Source of the DNA: Minisyncoccota bacterium
Lineage (GTDB): Bacteria; Patescibacteriota; Minisyncoccia; Phycocordibacterales; Phycocordibacteraceae
Reading direction: 5' to 3'
DNA: 64,000 bases
Assembly: GCA_041666305.1 (NCBI GenBank)
Contig: JBAYHD010000003.1
Location: 30,266 to 94,265, forward strand
Part shown: positions 47,507 to 58,663 of the stretch, piece after piece
Position numbering within the stretch: the first letter of the stretch is position 1
Layout of the letters: every line of letters begins with the position of its first letter
Made by a program: the position numbers and the translations under genes
The notes under the pieces: model-generated
Database searches by the model: none
The model's input: the letters and a program-made list of their open reading frames with translations, nothing else
Told to the model about the DNA's origin: nothing

Positions 47507-47612
47507 TATACCCTGTACTGAAGCGAAGCTCTAGTACGGGGTATACGCTAGTTTCTTATAATAAAACAAAGCCCGGCACGCGTGTGCGCCGGGCTATTTC
47601 AAGGTCTGGAAT

Positions 47613-47897
47613 TCAGCAGAACAGCTGATAGTTCCCCTCGGCATACGGGTGCATAAGTCTGTATGCCGCGTGCAGCTTCCGGAGATATTCTTCCGATTCG
47701 ACATTTTTTGTCTCGCGCAACTCTGCGGCTAATGCTACGAACCGCGGTTCGGCCGCTAGGCATGCGATGTATGCGGGATTTTTCAGATACGTCGTCCCGA
47801 GTATAGTTCTTTCGGGGTCTTTCACGAAGAATCCGCCGAAGCTATTCTTCTCTCTCAGAAATCTTCCGAAGCTTAGAACAGGGTCTCGATTTGCCAT
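47613..47897 (-). CDS. hypothetical protein
   Basis: 94 aa; terminator hairpin 47565-47600 downstream. Confidence 0.3.
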   Translation of the reverse strand: MANRDPVLSFGRFLREKNSFGGFFVKDPERTILGTTYLKNPAYIACLAAEPRFVALAAELRETKNVESEEYLRKLHAAYRLMHPYAEGNYQLFC

Positions 47898-47986
47898 GAT
47901 GGTCTCCCAGTCGATTGTCTACCTGATAAAACTATACCGCATACGTAATAGAAAGTCAACGTCAGTCCGTTTCTTTTTAATAAGAA

Positions 47987-49474
47987 GTGAGTTACTGTGA
48001 TTTTATGGGTCGCGAAGAAGGCGTTATACGCTTTGAGAAAGTTTCGTTCGAATACGGGCACAACAAGCCGATCCTCGATGAGGTGGATTTTCCCATACGT
48101 CGCGGAATGAAGATGGCGGTGATGGGTCAAAATGGCGCAGGGAAATCCACACTTTTTAATTTGATGGCCGGAACGCTCAAGCCCGAGAGCGGCGAAATAC
48201 ACGTGGCGCACGGCACGCTCATTGCCACAGCACCGCAGGTGATACCGCGTGGAGAGCTTACGCTCACCGTGCGCGAATTCTTCCAGAAGTGCTTCGCCAA
48301 ACCGGTGTATGACATAGATCCAAGAATTGATGACGTGCTGGAGGTGGTGAATTTGAAAGGCCATAAAAATGTGCATGACCGACTGATGAAGAGTTTTTCA
48401 GGCGGTCAACAGGCGCGTCTGCTTCTCGCATCTGCGCTCATTCAGAATCCGGACTTGCTTCTCCTTGATGAGCCCACGAACAATTTGGACACTGCCGGCA
48501 TCGAACACCTCACGAAATATCTCGTGGATTATGAGGGCACCTGCATCGTGATTTCGCACGACGCGAAATTCCTCAATGCATTTACCACGGGCGTCCTCTA
48601 TCTGGATGTCTTCACGCGCAAAGTAGAGCAGTACCACGGAAATTATAACGACGTGCAGCGGGACATCCTCGCGCGCATAGAAAAGGAAAATCGCGCGAAC
48701 GCCCAGCTCGAGAAGAAAATCCAGGAAAATAAAGACAAGGCGAACTTCTTCGCGCAGAAGGGCGGGAAGATGCGCCTCGTCGCGAAGAAAATGCGTACCG
48801 AAGTGGAGGAAATGGAAGAAGCGAAGGTGGACGTGCGCAAAGAAGACAAAACCATCCGTCCGTTCACCATCCCCGCACAACCGGACCTCAGCGGAGTCGT
48901 GCTGGCGCTCACTTCCTACACGCTGCACGGCGGCAAAAAGCCGGTGACGAAAAAGGCGAACATCGCGCTCCGGAAGAATCAGCACCTTCTCCTGCGCGGG
49001 CCGAACGGCATCGGCAAGAGCACACTGCTTGAACGTATCGTTCTCGGCACTCCGGAGGGCTCGAAAATAACCGAAGGGGTAAAAGTTGGCTACTATCGCC
49101 AGGATTTTTCGACGCTCGACTTCGAACAGACCGTGCTCGAAGCGCTTAGGGTGGCAATGGGCCGACCGGACGAAGAGCGACTGCGCGCCACTGCCGCAGG
49201 ATTCCTTTTGCACGCGGACGTGATGCACACGAAGATAGGCAATCTTTCGGAAGGGCAGAAGGGGCTCGTTGCATTCGCCTCGCTCGTACTTCTGCGCCCC
49301 GGACTCCTCATTCTTGATGAGCCAACGAACCACATCAACTTCCGCCACTTGCCGGTCATCGCAAAAGCGCTTGATGCATACCAAGGCGCGATGCTGCTCG
49401 TATCCCATGTGCCGGAATTCGTTGCGCAGATACGCATCGACGAAATATTGGATTTGGGGAAAAGTGTGGATTAG
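47987..49474 (+). CDS. ABC-F family ATPase (tandem ABC domains, no TM; ribosome-associated type)
   Basis: Two Walker A (GQNGAGKST, GPNGIGKST), two signatures (FSGGQQARL, LSEGQKGLV), inter-domain linker. Confidence 0.85.
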   Translation: MSYCDFMGREEGVIRFEKVSFEYGHNKPILDEVDFPIRRGMKMAVMGQNGAGKSTLFNLMAGTLKPESGEIHVAHGTLIATAPQVIPRGELTLTVREFFQKCFAKPVYDIDPRIDDVLEVVNLKGHKNVHDRLMKSFSGGQQARLLLASALIQNPDLLLLDEPTNNLDTAGIEHLTKYLVDYEGTCIVISHDAKFLNAFTTGVLYLDVFTRKVEQYHGNYNDVQRDILARIEKENRANAQLEKKIQENKDKANFFAQKGGKMRLVAKKMRTEVEEMEEAKVDVRKEDKTIRPFTIPAQPDLSGVVLALTSYTLHGGKKPVTKKANIALRKNQHLLLRGPNGIGKSTLLERIVLGTPEGSKITEGVKVGYYRQDFSTLDFEQTVLEALRVAMGRPDEERLRATAAGFLLHADVMHTKIGNLSEGQKGLVAFASLVLLRPGLLILDEPTNHINFRHLPVIAKALDAYQGAMLLVSHVPEFVAQIRIDEILDLGKSVD

Positions 49475-50893
49475 GTGTTCAGCCCGGAGTGCGGAGGGTA
49501 TGATGGGGGCACTATGGAGAAAGGCGAATTGCGTAAAGATTTTGAAGAAGCATTTGAAGCCCCGGCGGTAGTATTGGAAGAAACCCTCGATTTTGTAGAA
49601 AAAGAAGAAAAAGTTTTAGTAAGTAAGAAGCCCTTCAAGCTTGCGGAAGAATACTGGGATACGCTCGGTCCGGGACTCACCACTGGCGCCGCCGATGATG
49701 ACCCTTCGGGCATTGCCACCTACTCTCAGGCAGGTGCAAAGTATGGGCTCCAGCTCATCTGGACTGCGGTTTTCACCTACCCCTTCATGGCGATCGTGCA
49801 GGAGATGTGCGCGCGTATCGGCATTGTTTCCGGACAAGGTCTTGCGGCAAACATACGCCGACATTATCCAAAATGGGCGCTCTATGCGGCAGCGGCACTT
49901 CTTTTCTTTGCCAATGTGCTCAATATCTCGGCAGACCTCGGCGCGATGGCGGCCAGCACGCGGCTCATCATGCCAAACATTCGAGCAGAATTTCTCGTCA
50001 TCTTCTTCGCTCTCGTGAGTCTCCTTCTGCAAATCTTTACGACCTATGCGCGGTATGCGAAATACCTCAAATACCTGGCGCTCGCATTACTTTCGTATGT
50101 CGTTGTCGCATTTTCCGTCGGACTTGATTGGGGAGATGTGCTTCGACACACTTTCATACCGTCAATAACGTTCTCGAAAGACCAGATATTCCTCATTTGC
50201 GCAGTGCTCGGTACAACGATCTCGCCGTACCTCTTTTTCTGGCAGACCTCTCAGGAAGTCGAGGAGAATATTTTGCACGGTGAACGCACGATCGCGGAAC
50301 GACAAGCAAACTCGAACCGCCGTTCGATACGGCAAATGCGTGTTGATGTGTGGAGCGGTATGTTCTTCTCTAATCTCATCACCTTCTTCATCTTCGCGGC
50401 ATGCGCCGGCACGCTGTATGCAAACGGCATCACGAATATTGCGACCGCCGATCAAGCGGCGCAGGCACTCAGGCCATTCGGCGAGATGGCGTTCCTGCTC
50501 TTCGCTATCGGCATCGTGGGCACCGGTCTTCTCGCGGTGCCGGTGTTGGCGGGCTCCTCTGCATACGCGCTTGCGGAGAGCTTCGGCTGGAACCAGGGAC
50601 TCTATCGGAAATTGAATCAAGCGTACGCCTTCTACGGCGTCATCATCGTTTCCATGATCATCGGCGTCATCGCCAACTTCATGCACCTTGACCCGATCAA
50701 AGGGCTTATTTATGCTGCGGTTGCGAACGGTGTGATTGCGCCGGTCATTCTCTTCTTTGTGGTGCGACTTTCAAGCAACAAGAAGCACATGGGCGAATAC
50801 GCGAATAGCCCGTTCATCGCCTCAATGGGATGGATCACGATCGGTGTGATGGCTCTCTCCGGCATCGCCGCCATCGCCTCGATGTGGTTCTAA
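49475..50893 (+). CDS. mntH: NRAMP-family divalent metal (Mn2+/Fe2+) transporter
   Basis: LGPGLTTGAADDDPSGIATYSQAGAKYG (DPGN-like motif region), 11 TM. Confidence 0.85.
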   Translation: MFSPECGGYDGGTMEKGELRKDFEEAFEAPAVVLEETLDFVEKEEKVLVSKKPFKLAEEYWDTLGPGLTTGAADDDPSGIATYSQAGAKYGLQLIWTAVFTYPFMAIVQEMCARIGIVSGQGLAANIRRHYPKWALYAAAALLFFANVLNISADLGAMAASTRLIMPNIRAEFLVIFFALVSLLLQIFTTYARYAKYLKYLALALLSYVVVAFSVGLDWGDVLRHTFIPSITFSKDQIFLICAVLGTTISPYLFFWQTSQEVEENILHGERTIAERQANSNRRSIRQMRVDVWSGMFFSNLITFFIFAACAGTLYANGITNIATADQAAQALRPFGEMAFLLFAIGIVGTGLLAVPVLAGSSAYALAESFGWNQGLYRKLNQAYAFYGVIIVSMIIGVIANFMHLDPIKGLIYAAVANGVIAPVILFFVVRLSSNKKHMGEYANSPFIASMGWITIGVMALSGIAAIASMWF

Positions 50894-50921
50894 GAGCGTT
50901 ATACTAAAAGTATGGAACACA

Positions 50922-50990
50922 AACCAATCTCAGAACTTTTAGATTTGTCGGACAAAGTTGCTGTCGTGCAGATACATAGGTGATGTTGGG
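50922..50990 (+). pseudogene. 22-codon remnant duplicating the 5' end of the downstream SDR gene
   Basis: atggaacacaaaccaatctcagaacttttagatttgtcggacaaagttgctgtcgtg ~80% identical to 51574-51630 (MEHKPISELLDLSDKVAVV vs MEQKPISELLDLKGKVAIV) then stop. Confidence 0.4.
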
Positions 50991-51363
50991 TACTGTACCC
51001 ACCTGCTCCTCGAGGACTATCGGGGGTAAGGAGACAAGGATGAACAAAAAATTGGAACGATTTATCACAAGCCATATGAAAGCGGGAGATGTCACTCCAC
51101 AGCTCCTCAATCTCGCAGACGCGGCGGTCGCCGCTCATAGGCAGGCGTTTGTCTTTCCCGGGGTGACCAAGGAAGCCTACCTCGCATTCGTTGCTAAAGT
51201 GTGGGACGATAGCGCGCGCAAACGGAAAATTGAGTCTGAAGGACTCGATAGTGGACTGACGGACAGTTTTGCTGTTGCACTCAGCTACGCCTGTCATCTC
51301 GCTATGTTTGGCGAGAAGGAGGGGACTTCTCCCGAAAAAGGAATCGATTGCGGCATAAACTAG
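50980..51363 (+). CDS. hypothetical protein (probable start MNKKLERF at 51040)
   Basis: 127-aa ORF, helical; no motif. Confidence 0.35.
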   Translation: MMLGTVPTCSSRTIGGKETRMNKKLERFITSHMKAGDVTPQLLNLADAAVAAHRQAFVFPGVTKEAYLAFVAKVWDDSARKRKIESEGLDSGLTDSFAVALSYACHLAMFGEKEGTSPEKGIDCGIN

Positions 51364-51573
51364 CGCATTCGAAATTTATCTCTCGGCCGCGTGCGGTTCT
51401 GGTTGCGAACCTCGGTTCGCAACACAGGACTGTACGCGGTTTTTGTTTTTCTGCGTAAATACCAATGTCTCAATTTTTATCCTATAGGACAAAAATTGAG
51501 ACAGCCTCAAACTTGAGCATCTGATGTCCAAGTTTGAGGAAATGCACACATTTAAATCAGCTATACTTGAGAC

Positions 51574-52368
51574 ATGGAACAGAAACCTATTTCAGAACTT
51601 TTGGATCTCAAAGGAAAAGTTGCCATTGTCACCGGCGGGGCGATGGGCATTGGTCTGGCCATTGCGACGCGGCTTGCGGAGGCGGGTGCGAAGGTGCTCA
51701 TTGCAAATCTGGATGCCGAAAAATCAACTGAGGCAGTAGCGAAACTGACCGAGCGTGGATGTACTGCTTCGTCAGTAGTCGCGGACGTTTCCGACGAAGC
51801 ACAAGTAGAGGCGATGGTTGCAAAGGCCGTGAGTGAGTTCGGCGGCGTAGACATTCTCGTCAACAACGCCGGCATCTACCCGAACATACCCGTACTTGAA
51901 GCGACGAAAGAAGATTTTGAGAAAACTATCCATGTCAATCTGAAGGGCGCTTTTTTCGCTTCTCGAGCCGCGGCCAAGCAAATGGTCGCGCAGGGCAGGG
52001 GCGGGTCAATTATCAATATCACCTCTATTGATGCACTGCACCCCCTTACCGTTGGTCTTGCATTCTATGACGCCAGCAAGCATGGCCTCTGGGGCTTCAC
52101 CAAGAATCTCGCGCTTGAGCTCGCGCCGCATAGGATATGGGTCAACGCCATTGCGCCCGGCGGAGTGGCTACTCCGGGAACTGATTTTTGGGAAGGAGGT
52201 ACTGCAGAAGAGCAAAAATTCACGAATGATTTCATTGCGAAGGTTCCGATGCATCGCATTGCAGACGCCGATGAGATAGGGAAGGTGGCACTTTTCCTCG
52301 CCTCCGATATGGCTTCGTATATGACCGGTTCACAGATAGTCGTTGACGGCGGCACCCTGCTTGCATAA
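51574..52368 (+). CDS. SDR-family NAD(P)-dependent oxidoreductase
   Basis: GKVAIVTGGAMGIGLAIA (TGxxxGxG), NNAG, YDASKHG (YxxxK). Confidence 0.85.
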   Translation: MEQKPISELLDLKGKVAIVTGGAMGIGLAIATRLAEAGAKVLIANLDAEKSTEAVAKLTERGCTASSVVADVSDEAQVEAMVAKAVSEFGGVDILVNNAGIYPNIPVLEATKEDFEKTIHVNLKGAFFASRAAAKQMVAQGRGGSIINITSIDALHPLTVGLAFYDASKHGLWGFTKNLALELAPHRIWVNAIAPGGVATPGTDFWEGGTAEEQKFTNDFIAKVPMHRIADADEIGKVALFLASDMASYMTGSQIVVDGGTLLA

Positions 52369-52496
52369 AAGTTTCTTTATTGTATATTGAACTCACTGCC
52401 CGCGAGGCATTTTTTAATTCATGGAAATTCGCAACCCCATAGTGAAAACTCGCAAAACCTCGTTTTACTACGGGGCAAGCATCGCTACATTTACAT

Positions 52497-54293
52497 ATGG
52501 AAATTAGAAACATTGCGATTATTGCGCACGTGGACCACGGGAAGACCGCGCTCACTGACGCCATTCTCAAACAAACAGGCGCGGCGGCGGAGGGCACGAC
52601 GATGGACACGAACGCGCTCGAACAGGAGCGCGGCATCACCATTTACGCCAAGAATGCGGCGGTTGAATACAAGGGCACGAAGATAAATATTGTGGACACG
52701 CCCGGTCACGCCGACTTCGGTTCCGAGGTCGAGCGCGTGTTGCGCTCCATTGATTCGGTGCTTCTCATTGTTGACGCGCAGGAAGGTCCGATGCCGCAGA
52801 CGCGTTTCGTACTCAAAAAGTCTTTGGAGCTCGGTCTCAAGCCTATCGTCGTTTTGAATAAAATTGATAAGCCGGCAGCTGATCCGGCGCGCGCCCACGA
52901 CCAGGTGCTCGAGCTCTTCCTCGAGCTCGGTGCCTCGGACGAGCAATCTGATTTTCCCGTGGTGTACGCTATCGGTCGCGATGGCCGCGCTGCGCTCAGC
53001 CCCGACGAGCTTTTGATGGGTGACGAAAAAGATCTCTCACCGCTGTTGGATACTATTCTTGAAAAGGTTCCGGCGGCAAATGCTACCGCGGATGCGAGCG
53101 CACCTTTGATGCTCCAGCCATTCAACCTTGCCTATGACAACTTCATGGGTCGGCTCGCGGTCGGCCGTATCTACGAAGGAACCGTCCGTCCGAATCAACA
53201 GGTGTTCATAAAAAAGCCGGACGGTACAACGCGCACCGGTCGCACAACCAAAATCTTCACCTTCAAAGGTCTCGAACGCGTGGAGACTCCTGAGGCATCG
53301 GCGGGTGACATTGCGCTCATTGCCGGCCTCCCTGACATCTACATCGGCGAGACTGTGACGACGAACGAGCAAGCGGCGCCTTTGCCGGCGATCGCCGTGG
53401 ACGAGCCGACCATCGCGCTTAACTTCCTCGTCAATAATTCGCCGTTCGCGGGCAAGGAAGGGAAGTATGTGACGAGCCGCCAGATACGCGACCGGCTTAT
53501 GAAAGAGCTGGAGGTAAACGTCGGACTGAAAGTCGATTTTGATAAAACAGAAGTATTCCACGTGTCCGGCCGCGGCGAGCTCCACATCGCGATCCTGCTC
53601 GAGAATATGCGCCGCGAAGGGTACGAGCTTCAGGTCTCTCAGCCGCACGTCATCATCCGCGAAGAGAACGGCGTGAAGCTTGAACCGTTTGAGGAAGTCA
53701 TCGTTGACACGCCGTCGGAATTTCAGGGCGCCATCATTGAGAAGCTGGGCCAGCGTGCATTCGTGCTTCAGAATCTGGTACAACACGGCAACATCGTTCG
53801 CCTTACACTCGTCGGTCCGACGCGCGGACTGTTGGGCTATAGAAACATGTTCATCATTGACACGAAGGGCGAAGGCATTCTCTCGTCGCGCGTGCTCGGC
53901 TTCCAGCCATATGCGGGTGAGATAAAGAAGCGGCAGGTTGGTTCCATGATATCCATGGCGACCGGGAAATCACTTGGCTATGCGCTCTGGTATCTGCAGG
54001 ACCGCGGACAGCTCTACATCAAACCGGCGACTGAAGTGTATGAAGGCATGGTCATCGGTAATACCGCCAAGGGTGAAGAGATGCAGGCGAACCCGACGAA
54101 AGGAAAGAATCAGTCAAACGTCCGTTCTTCCGGTATGGATGAAGCGCTCACGCTCGTGCCGATATTTGACCTCACCATCGAGCGCGCAATGGAAATCATG
54201 TCCGACGACGAATATTTGGAAATCACGCCGAAGTCAGTGCGTTTGCGCAAGCAGTATTTGACTGAGAACGACCGAGCAAAAGCGCGCCGATAA
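52497..54293 (+). CDS. typA: translational GTPase TypA/BipA
   Basis: [29 protein letters not shown]; EF-G-like domains; 598 aa. Confidence 0.9.
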   Translation: MEIRNIAIIAHVDHGKTALTDAILKQTGAAAEGTTMDTNALEQERGITIYAKNAAVEYKGTKINIVDTPGHADFGSEVERVLRSIDSVLLIVDAQEGPMPQTRFVLKKSLELGLKPIVVLNKIDKPAADPARAHDQVLELFLELGASDEQSDFPVVYAIGRDGRAALSPDELLMGDEKDLSPLLDTILEKVPAANATADASAPLMLQPFNLAYDNFMGRLAVGRIYEGTVRPNQQVFIKKPDGTTRTGRTTKIFTFKGLERVETPEASAGDIALIAGLPDIYIGETVTTNEQAAPLPAIAVDEPTIALNFLVNNSPFAGKEGKYVTSRQIRDRLMKELEVNVGLKVDFDKTEVFHVSGRGELHIAILLENMRREGYELQVSQPHVIIREENGVKLEPFEEVIVDTPSEFQGAIIEKLGQRAFVLQNLVQHGNIVRLTLVGPTRGLLGYRNMFIIDTKGEGILSSRVLGFQPYAGEIKKRQVGSMISMATGKSLGYALWYLQDRGQLYIKPATEVYEGMVIGNTAKGEEMQANPTKGKNQSNVRSSGMDEALTLVPIFDLTIERAMEIMSDDEYLEITPKSVRLRKQYLTENDRAKARR

Positions 54294-54311
54294 TTGGTAT
54301 AGTATTCGCGT

Positions 54312-55427
54312 ATGACGTCTGCGCGAATGTTTGTTGAAGAGATGTTGAAGAAAGCCGATGTGACCATCGGCGGGAACCGACCGTGGGATATCACGGTGAA
54401 GGACGAACGTCTTTTTAACAACGTGCTCCACACGGGTACGCTTGGACTCGGTGAAGCGTACATGGACGGTTGGTGGGATACTCCTGCGCTGGACCAATTT
54501 TTTTATACCGTAATTTCCGCGGACCTGGAGAAAGACATCAAGCGCAATTTGCATACACTGCTCATGCTCATACGCGCGCGTCTGGTAAACATGCAGTCGC
54601 GGAAAGGATCGCTCCGCGTGGCCCGCGAGCACTACGATCTCAGTACCGAGCTTTATATGTCTTTTTTGGATCCCTACAATCAATACACCTGCGGCTATTT
54701 CAAGGGCACGGACGATTTGAATGTGGCGCAGGAGCAAAAATTGGATCTCATCTGCAAAAAATTACAGCTCAAGCCCGGCGACCGCGTGCTCGACATTGGC
54801 TGCGGTTGGGGCGGTTTTGCCAAGTATGCGGCGGAGCATTACGACGTGTCGGTGACCGGCATCACCCTCTCAAAAGAGCAGCTGGCATACGCGAAAGAAT
54901 TTACCAAAGGTCTCAATGTGGAATTGTATTTACAGGATTATCGCGACCTCAAAGGAACGTTCGATAAAATACTCGTGTGCGGGATGATTGAGCACGTCGG
55001 GTATAAAAACTATCGGGAGATAATGGAGGTGGTGCATCGGAACCTCGCCGATAACGGGCTTTTCCTGCTGCACACCATCGGGTACGACCGCTCCATACAC
55101 ACGACCGACCCGTGGATAGAAAAATATATTTTCCCCGGAGGCATGCCGCCATCCGTAGTCCAGATAGGGAAGGCGATTGAAGGACTTTTCTTGGTGGAAG
55201 ATTTACACAACTTCGGTAGTGACTACGATAAAACACTGATGGCGTGGTTCAAGAACTTTGATGCCGCGTGGCCGAAGTTGAAAGCGAAGTATGACGAACG
55301 GTTTTATCGGATGTGGAAATACTATCTTCTTTCCTGCGCCGGCGCATTTCGCGCACGTGATATTCAGCTCTGGCAAATCGTGCTCTCCAAAAACGGCGTC
55401 CCGGGCGGGTACGAAAGCGTGCGTTAG
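54312..55427 (+). CDS. cyclopropane-fatty-acyl-phospholipid synthase-family SAM-dependent methyltransferase
   Basis: VLDIGCGWGGFAKYAAEHYDVSVTGITLSKEQ SAM-binding motif; CFA-synthase length and C-terminal motifs. Confidence 0.8.
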   Translation: MTSARMFVEEMLKKADVTIGGNRPWDITVKDERLFNNVLHTGTLGLGEAYMDGWWDTPALDQFFYTVISADLEKDIKRNLHTLLMLIRARLVNMQSRKGSLRVAREHYDLSTELYMSFLDPYNQYTCGYFKGTDDLNVAQEQKLDLICKKLQLKPGDRVLDIGCGWGGFAKYAAEHYDVSVTGITLSKEQLAYAKEFTKGLNVELYLQDYRDLKGTFDKILVCGMIEHVGYKNYREIMEVVHRNLADNGLFLLHTIGYDRSIHTTDPWIEKYIFPGGMPPSVVQIGKAIEGLFLVEDLHNFGSDYDKTLMAWFKNFDAAWPKLKAKYDERFYRMWKYYLLSCAGAFRARDIQLWQIVLSKNGVPGGYESVR

Positions 55428-55483
55428 GAAAAAAAAGCTGCAACCAACATTCGGTTGCAGCCCTCTCAAAGTCTTTACGGGTA

Positions 55484-56293
55484 TTACAGATTTCGCGCCA
55501 CTGCCTTTCGCGCGAGGCGGTATTGCTCGACATAAGATGCCTCGGCCGCTGCCAACTTGTCCCAGTCGTTTTTCGGCTTCCAGACCACGTTGCCCGCTTG
55601 TACGTCCTCGGCAACTGCCGGATCGTCTTGCCGATATTGTTCGATCTTTTTGCGAACCAGCGGAACGACGGGAAGTTCGCGGTTACCGCCGGGTACGGTG
55701 TATCGGAGTCCGACATCGAGCGAGCGATTAAGAAAACAAGTAACGCCCGCAACTCGCGCCCCGAAACTTTCGATAAGCTCGATCATCTGTGCGGTGGTGC
55801 TGAAGTTGTTGCACACATCTTCAGCGATCCACCACACGTCGCCCTTTTCGGGCTCGTGCCGATCAAACACAAGTTTCGAAATCTCTCGCGAGACCGACGT
55901 CGCAATAGCCACGATTTTTTTCTCGGGGAAGATATACTGCGTCCTCGAGCAGCTGGCGAGCATTACCGCAAGAGCTTTTCCGCCCTCGGGAGCTCCGCAG
56001 AAGCCCGTCACTTCCGGACAGGAAGTTCCGATCCTTCCCAAACTCTCGAGGTTCGCCAGCCGGAAAGAAATCTTCTCCGCCGTATCGGTTAATACGGGTA
56101 GATGCCGTTCCGCTTTAGCGAAGTTCACGTAAATGTCGCCGACATACTGACGCCCTTTTTCATCACGGCCGGCATAACCAACCAGAGGCCCCTGTCGTCT
56201 CCCGCGGGCATCCTTCGGACATTCGTAATACCCTCCGCATCTTGTCAATACCTCGAAAGGACTTTCTTCACGCCGCGGTACGATCGTCTCCAC
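55484..56293 (-). CDS. pyrE: type I phosphoribosyltransferase, orotate PRTase-like
   Basis: PRPP-binding loop VWWIAEDVCNNFSTTAQMIELIESFGARVAGV aligns with PyrE VMLVDDVITAGTAI...; upstream of pyrF on same strand. Confidence 0.5.
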   Translation of the reverse strand: METIVPRREESPFEVLTRCGGYYECPKDARGRRQGPLVGYAGRDEKGRQYVGDIYVNFAKAERHLPVLTDTAEKISFRLANLESLGRIGTSCPEVTGFCGAPEGGKALAVMLASCSRTQYIFPEKKIVAIATSVSREISKLVFDRHEPEKGDVWWIAEDVCNNFSTTAQMIELIESFGARVAGVTCFLNRSLDVGLRYTVPGGNRELPVVPLVRKKIEQYRQDDPAVAEDVQAGNVVWKPKNDWDKLAAAEASYVEQYRLARKAVARNL

Positions 56294-56462
56294 AATTGAC
56301 TCCTCTTCGGTTAATGAACGGTGAATTACATCTAGAGTACCTAGCTAATTACAGGATCACACTACGGAAAAGCGCGCGGTAAGTCAAGAAAAAACCCGCA
56401 AAAGCGGGTCTTTCGAGGAAGTTGCGATACCTCTTTTTGTACAAGGCTTAGTCGATGCGTGG

Positions 56463-57239
56463 TCAGATCTGCATACCGACTTCGGCGGCCATAGCTTTGA
56501 ACGCCATGACAGGATGTTCGGCCTTTACCACCTGACTGCTTGCGACGATGAATGTTGCTCCGTCGGAGATCGCTTGAGCCGGTGTGCCCGAACGTTTCTG
56601 TTGGCCGAGGGCAACTCCCGCCGAGCGCGTTCCAGGTACTGTGAACGTCATGCCCTGGAGATCGTGGTGCGACGAAAGCATCCCGACCTCTTTCGCCGAG
56701 CAAACGAGACCGTTCAAACCGCCCTCTCTCGCCATGAGAGCACGATTGAGGACGATTTGTTCGGCTGTCGGATTGCGGCCATATTTCCCGAAATCGCGCT
56801 CAATTTCCGTTGGGCCGAGAGAAGTGAGCAAGGTGATCGCCCAGATCTCCGTCAAGATATCTCCGCCGGCGTAAAGCGCAGCTGCGGCGGCCGCTTCCAT
56901 CATCTTAATCCCGCCGGATGCGTGGACCGTGATGATATCGGCGCCATTTCGAGTGAGCGCCCTCATACGCAAGGCCACGGTGTCCGGGGTATCGTGCAAT
57001 TTTGCGTCAACCCACACCCGTTTGGCACCGACCTTCTTGAGCACACGGATGGCATTCGGACCCTCGGCATCGTGCAGATCGTGGATTTTCACCGCGTAGC
57101 AATACATACCGAGCTTGCTCGTGAGACTGCACGCTCTCTCAAGCGACAATCCTTCAAGTGCCAAGCAGATCTTGGATTCGGCCACTACAGCCGCGGTTTT
57201 GGTTTCGTCAGTCGCTACAGTCGTACTCGTGTGAGTCAA
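56463..57239 (-). CDS. pyrF: orotidine 5'-phosphate decarboxylase
   Basis: DAKLHDTPDT (D-x-K-x-x-D) active-site motif, TIM-barrel length. Confidence 0.65.
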   Translation of the reverse strand: MTHTSTTVATDETKTAAVVAESKICLALEGLSLERACSLTSKLGMYCYAVKIHDLHDAEGPNAIRVLKKVGAKRVWVDAKLHDTPDTVALRMRALTRNGADIITVHASGGIKMMEAAAAAALYAGGDILTEIWAITLLTSLGPTEIERDFGKYGRNPTAEQIVLNRALMAREGGLNGLVCSAKEVGMLSSHHDLQGMTFTVPGTRSAGVALGQQKRSGTPAQAISDGATFIVASSQVVKAEHPVMAFKAMAAEVGMQI

Positions 57240-57418
57240 TTTAATTCTCCCCAGTCAGGTTTAGAAAAACGCGGAAAAGAACTCGCAACCGCGGCGGATA
57301 GAATGATCCGGCCGATTACAGGGGCTACAGTACGTAAATAGAGGAGGGAAGTCAAACGAATAGCAGGAACAGAAATCCGCGCGTTTGCTATAAGCAAATG
57401 CGCGGAACCCCTGCGTAA

Positions 57419-57793
57419 TTAGTGCAAAAGGAACACTCCGTCGGCCAAATCGGCCGTAAACATGCCGGGCCTGACTCTGAGCAAATCGCTCGGCAGATCA
57501 GACTGTGCAGCCTCGCGTATTGAGTCGGCATCGGGGAAGATGACGTTGGCCGTGCACGCATCAAAGTCGAGCTCATGCTTCTTACATGCTTCGATCATGA
57601 ATGCTTTGAAGATTTCGTATGCATACGATGACTTCGCAGAGGAGTCGACAAGTTGCTGCGGTCGCACGCTTACTCGGAATGCAATGTGCTCCTGGTTCTC
57701 AATCGGCGAATTGATGACTACAACGATTTCCTGCGTCAGACTAGTCATACATGCCTCCTTCGGTTCAGGTGGTCCCGAATATGAGTCTATCAT
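57419..57793 (-). CDS. hypothetical protein
   Basis: 124 aa, no motif. Confidence 0.3.
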   Translation of the reverse strand: MIDSYSGPPEPKEACMTSLTQEIVVVINSPIENQEHIAFRVSVRPQQLVDSSAKSSYAYEIFKAFMIEACKKHELDFDACTANVIFPDADSIREAAQSDLPSDLLRVRPGMFTADLADGVFLLH

Positions 57794-57861
57794 GCTAAAA
57801 CGCTCGTATGTAAAATCGGCACCGAAGTTAAAAACAGAGCCCCGACAAGTTTCTGTCGGGG

Positions 57862-58350
57862 CTAGCGAGGAACTGCGGAATCTCGTGCAAGATAGGCAAG
57901 AGCCTCCTCTTTTTCGCTATTCAGAAAGTACATCGCTCCGTTGTGCCGCGTCGGTATTCGATAGGGATCTTCCGGCAGAACGATTTCTCCCGCGAGAGCT
58001 CCATTGCGGACTCCTATTCCTGCGCTCGGCATAAAATATGCCACGGCGTACTCCAGACACGAGTCAATGTCCGCAGTCGGTCCATACAGGTCAAAGGTCA
58101 TTCCGAAAGTCACGCATCTACCTTCCACTTTAGAAATGACCAGACCGGCCTCCAGCGATTTTCTTTTTACCAGAGAAATGGTTGGACACTGCTCAATGAT
58201 CCAAAGAAGATCCTTCAACCGCAGCGGTTCAAGAAGTGGGTTGTATTTTCCCGCCGCCATCGCTACCACTTCTGCATGCATCATTCCGCTCATAGTCACC
58301 CCGACGAAAAGAGAGCCGGGGCTTTCTTTGACGCGTCTTATTCGTGCCAT
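57862..58350 (-). CDS. hypothetical protein
   Basis: 162 aa, no motif recognised. Confidence 0.35.
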   Translation of the reverse strand: MARIRRVKESPGSLFVGVTMSGMMHAEVVAMAAGKYNPLLEPLRLKDLLWIIEQCPTISLVKRKSLEAGLVISKVEGRCVTFGMTFDLYGPTADIDSCLEYAVAYFMPSAGIGVRNGALAGEIVLPEDPYRIPTRHNGAMYFLNSEKEEALAYLARDSAVPR

Positions 58351-58630
58351 CGGTTTCTCCCTAGGGTTAGTTGGTACTGCCTATCACAACAATAATACTA
58401 TTCTATAATTTGTCAAACAAAAACCGCCCGAAGGCGGTTTTTGCAATTCATGTGGAGATGTCGGGAATTGGTCACGAGTCGCTAAACGGATTGCTCCAAG
58501 CATTCGCAATCCGCTAAGCGCTCTCGACCCCGGCTCAGCCGTTTTGCGAATACGCAAAACATGCCTCCGCCATTCGATTCTCCACGCAAGACGCGCAGGC
58601 GTCTTGCTCCACCTCCACACACAAACGCGA

Positions 58631-58652
58631 AAACCGCCTTTCGGCGGTTCGC
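58631..58652 (-). terminator. rho-independent terminator just 3' of tmRNA (AACCGCCGAAAGGCGGTTTT on minus strand)
   Basis: Perfect hairpin + U-run 12 nt after tmRNA 3' end. Confidence 0.5.
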
Positions 58653-58663
58653 AAGATTGTGTG

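Noticed and set aside
53037-53786. 249-aa ORF antisense to typA
   Set aside because: Shadow of a highly conserved GTPase gene.
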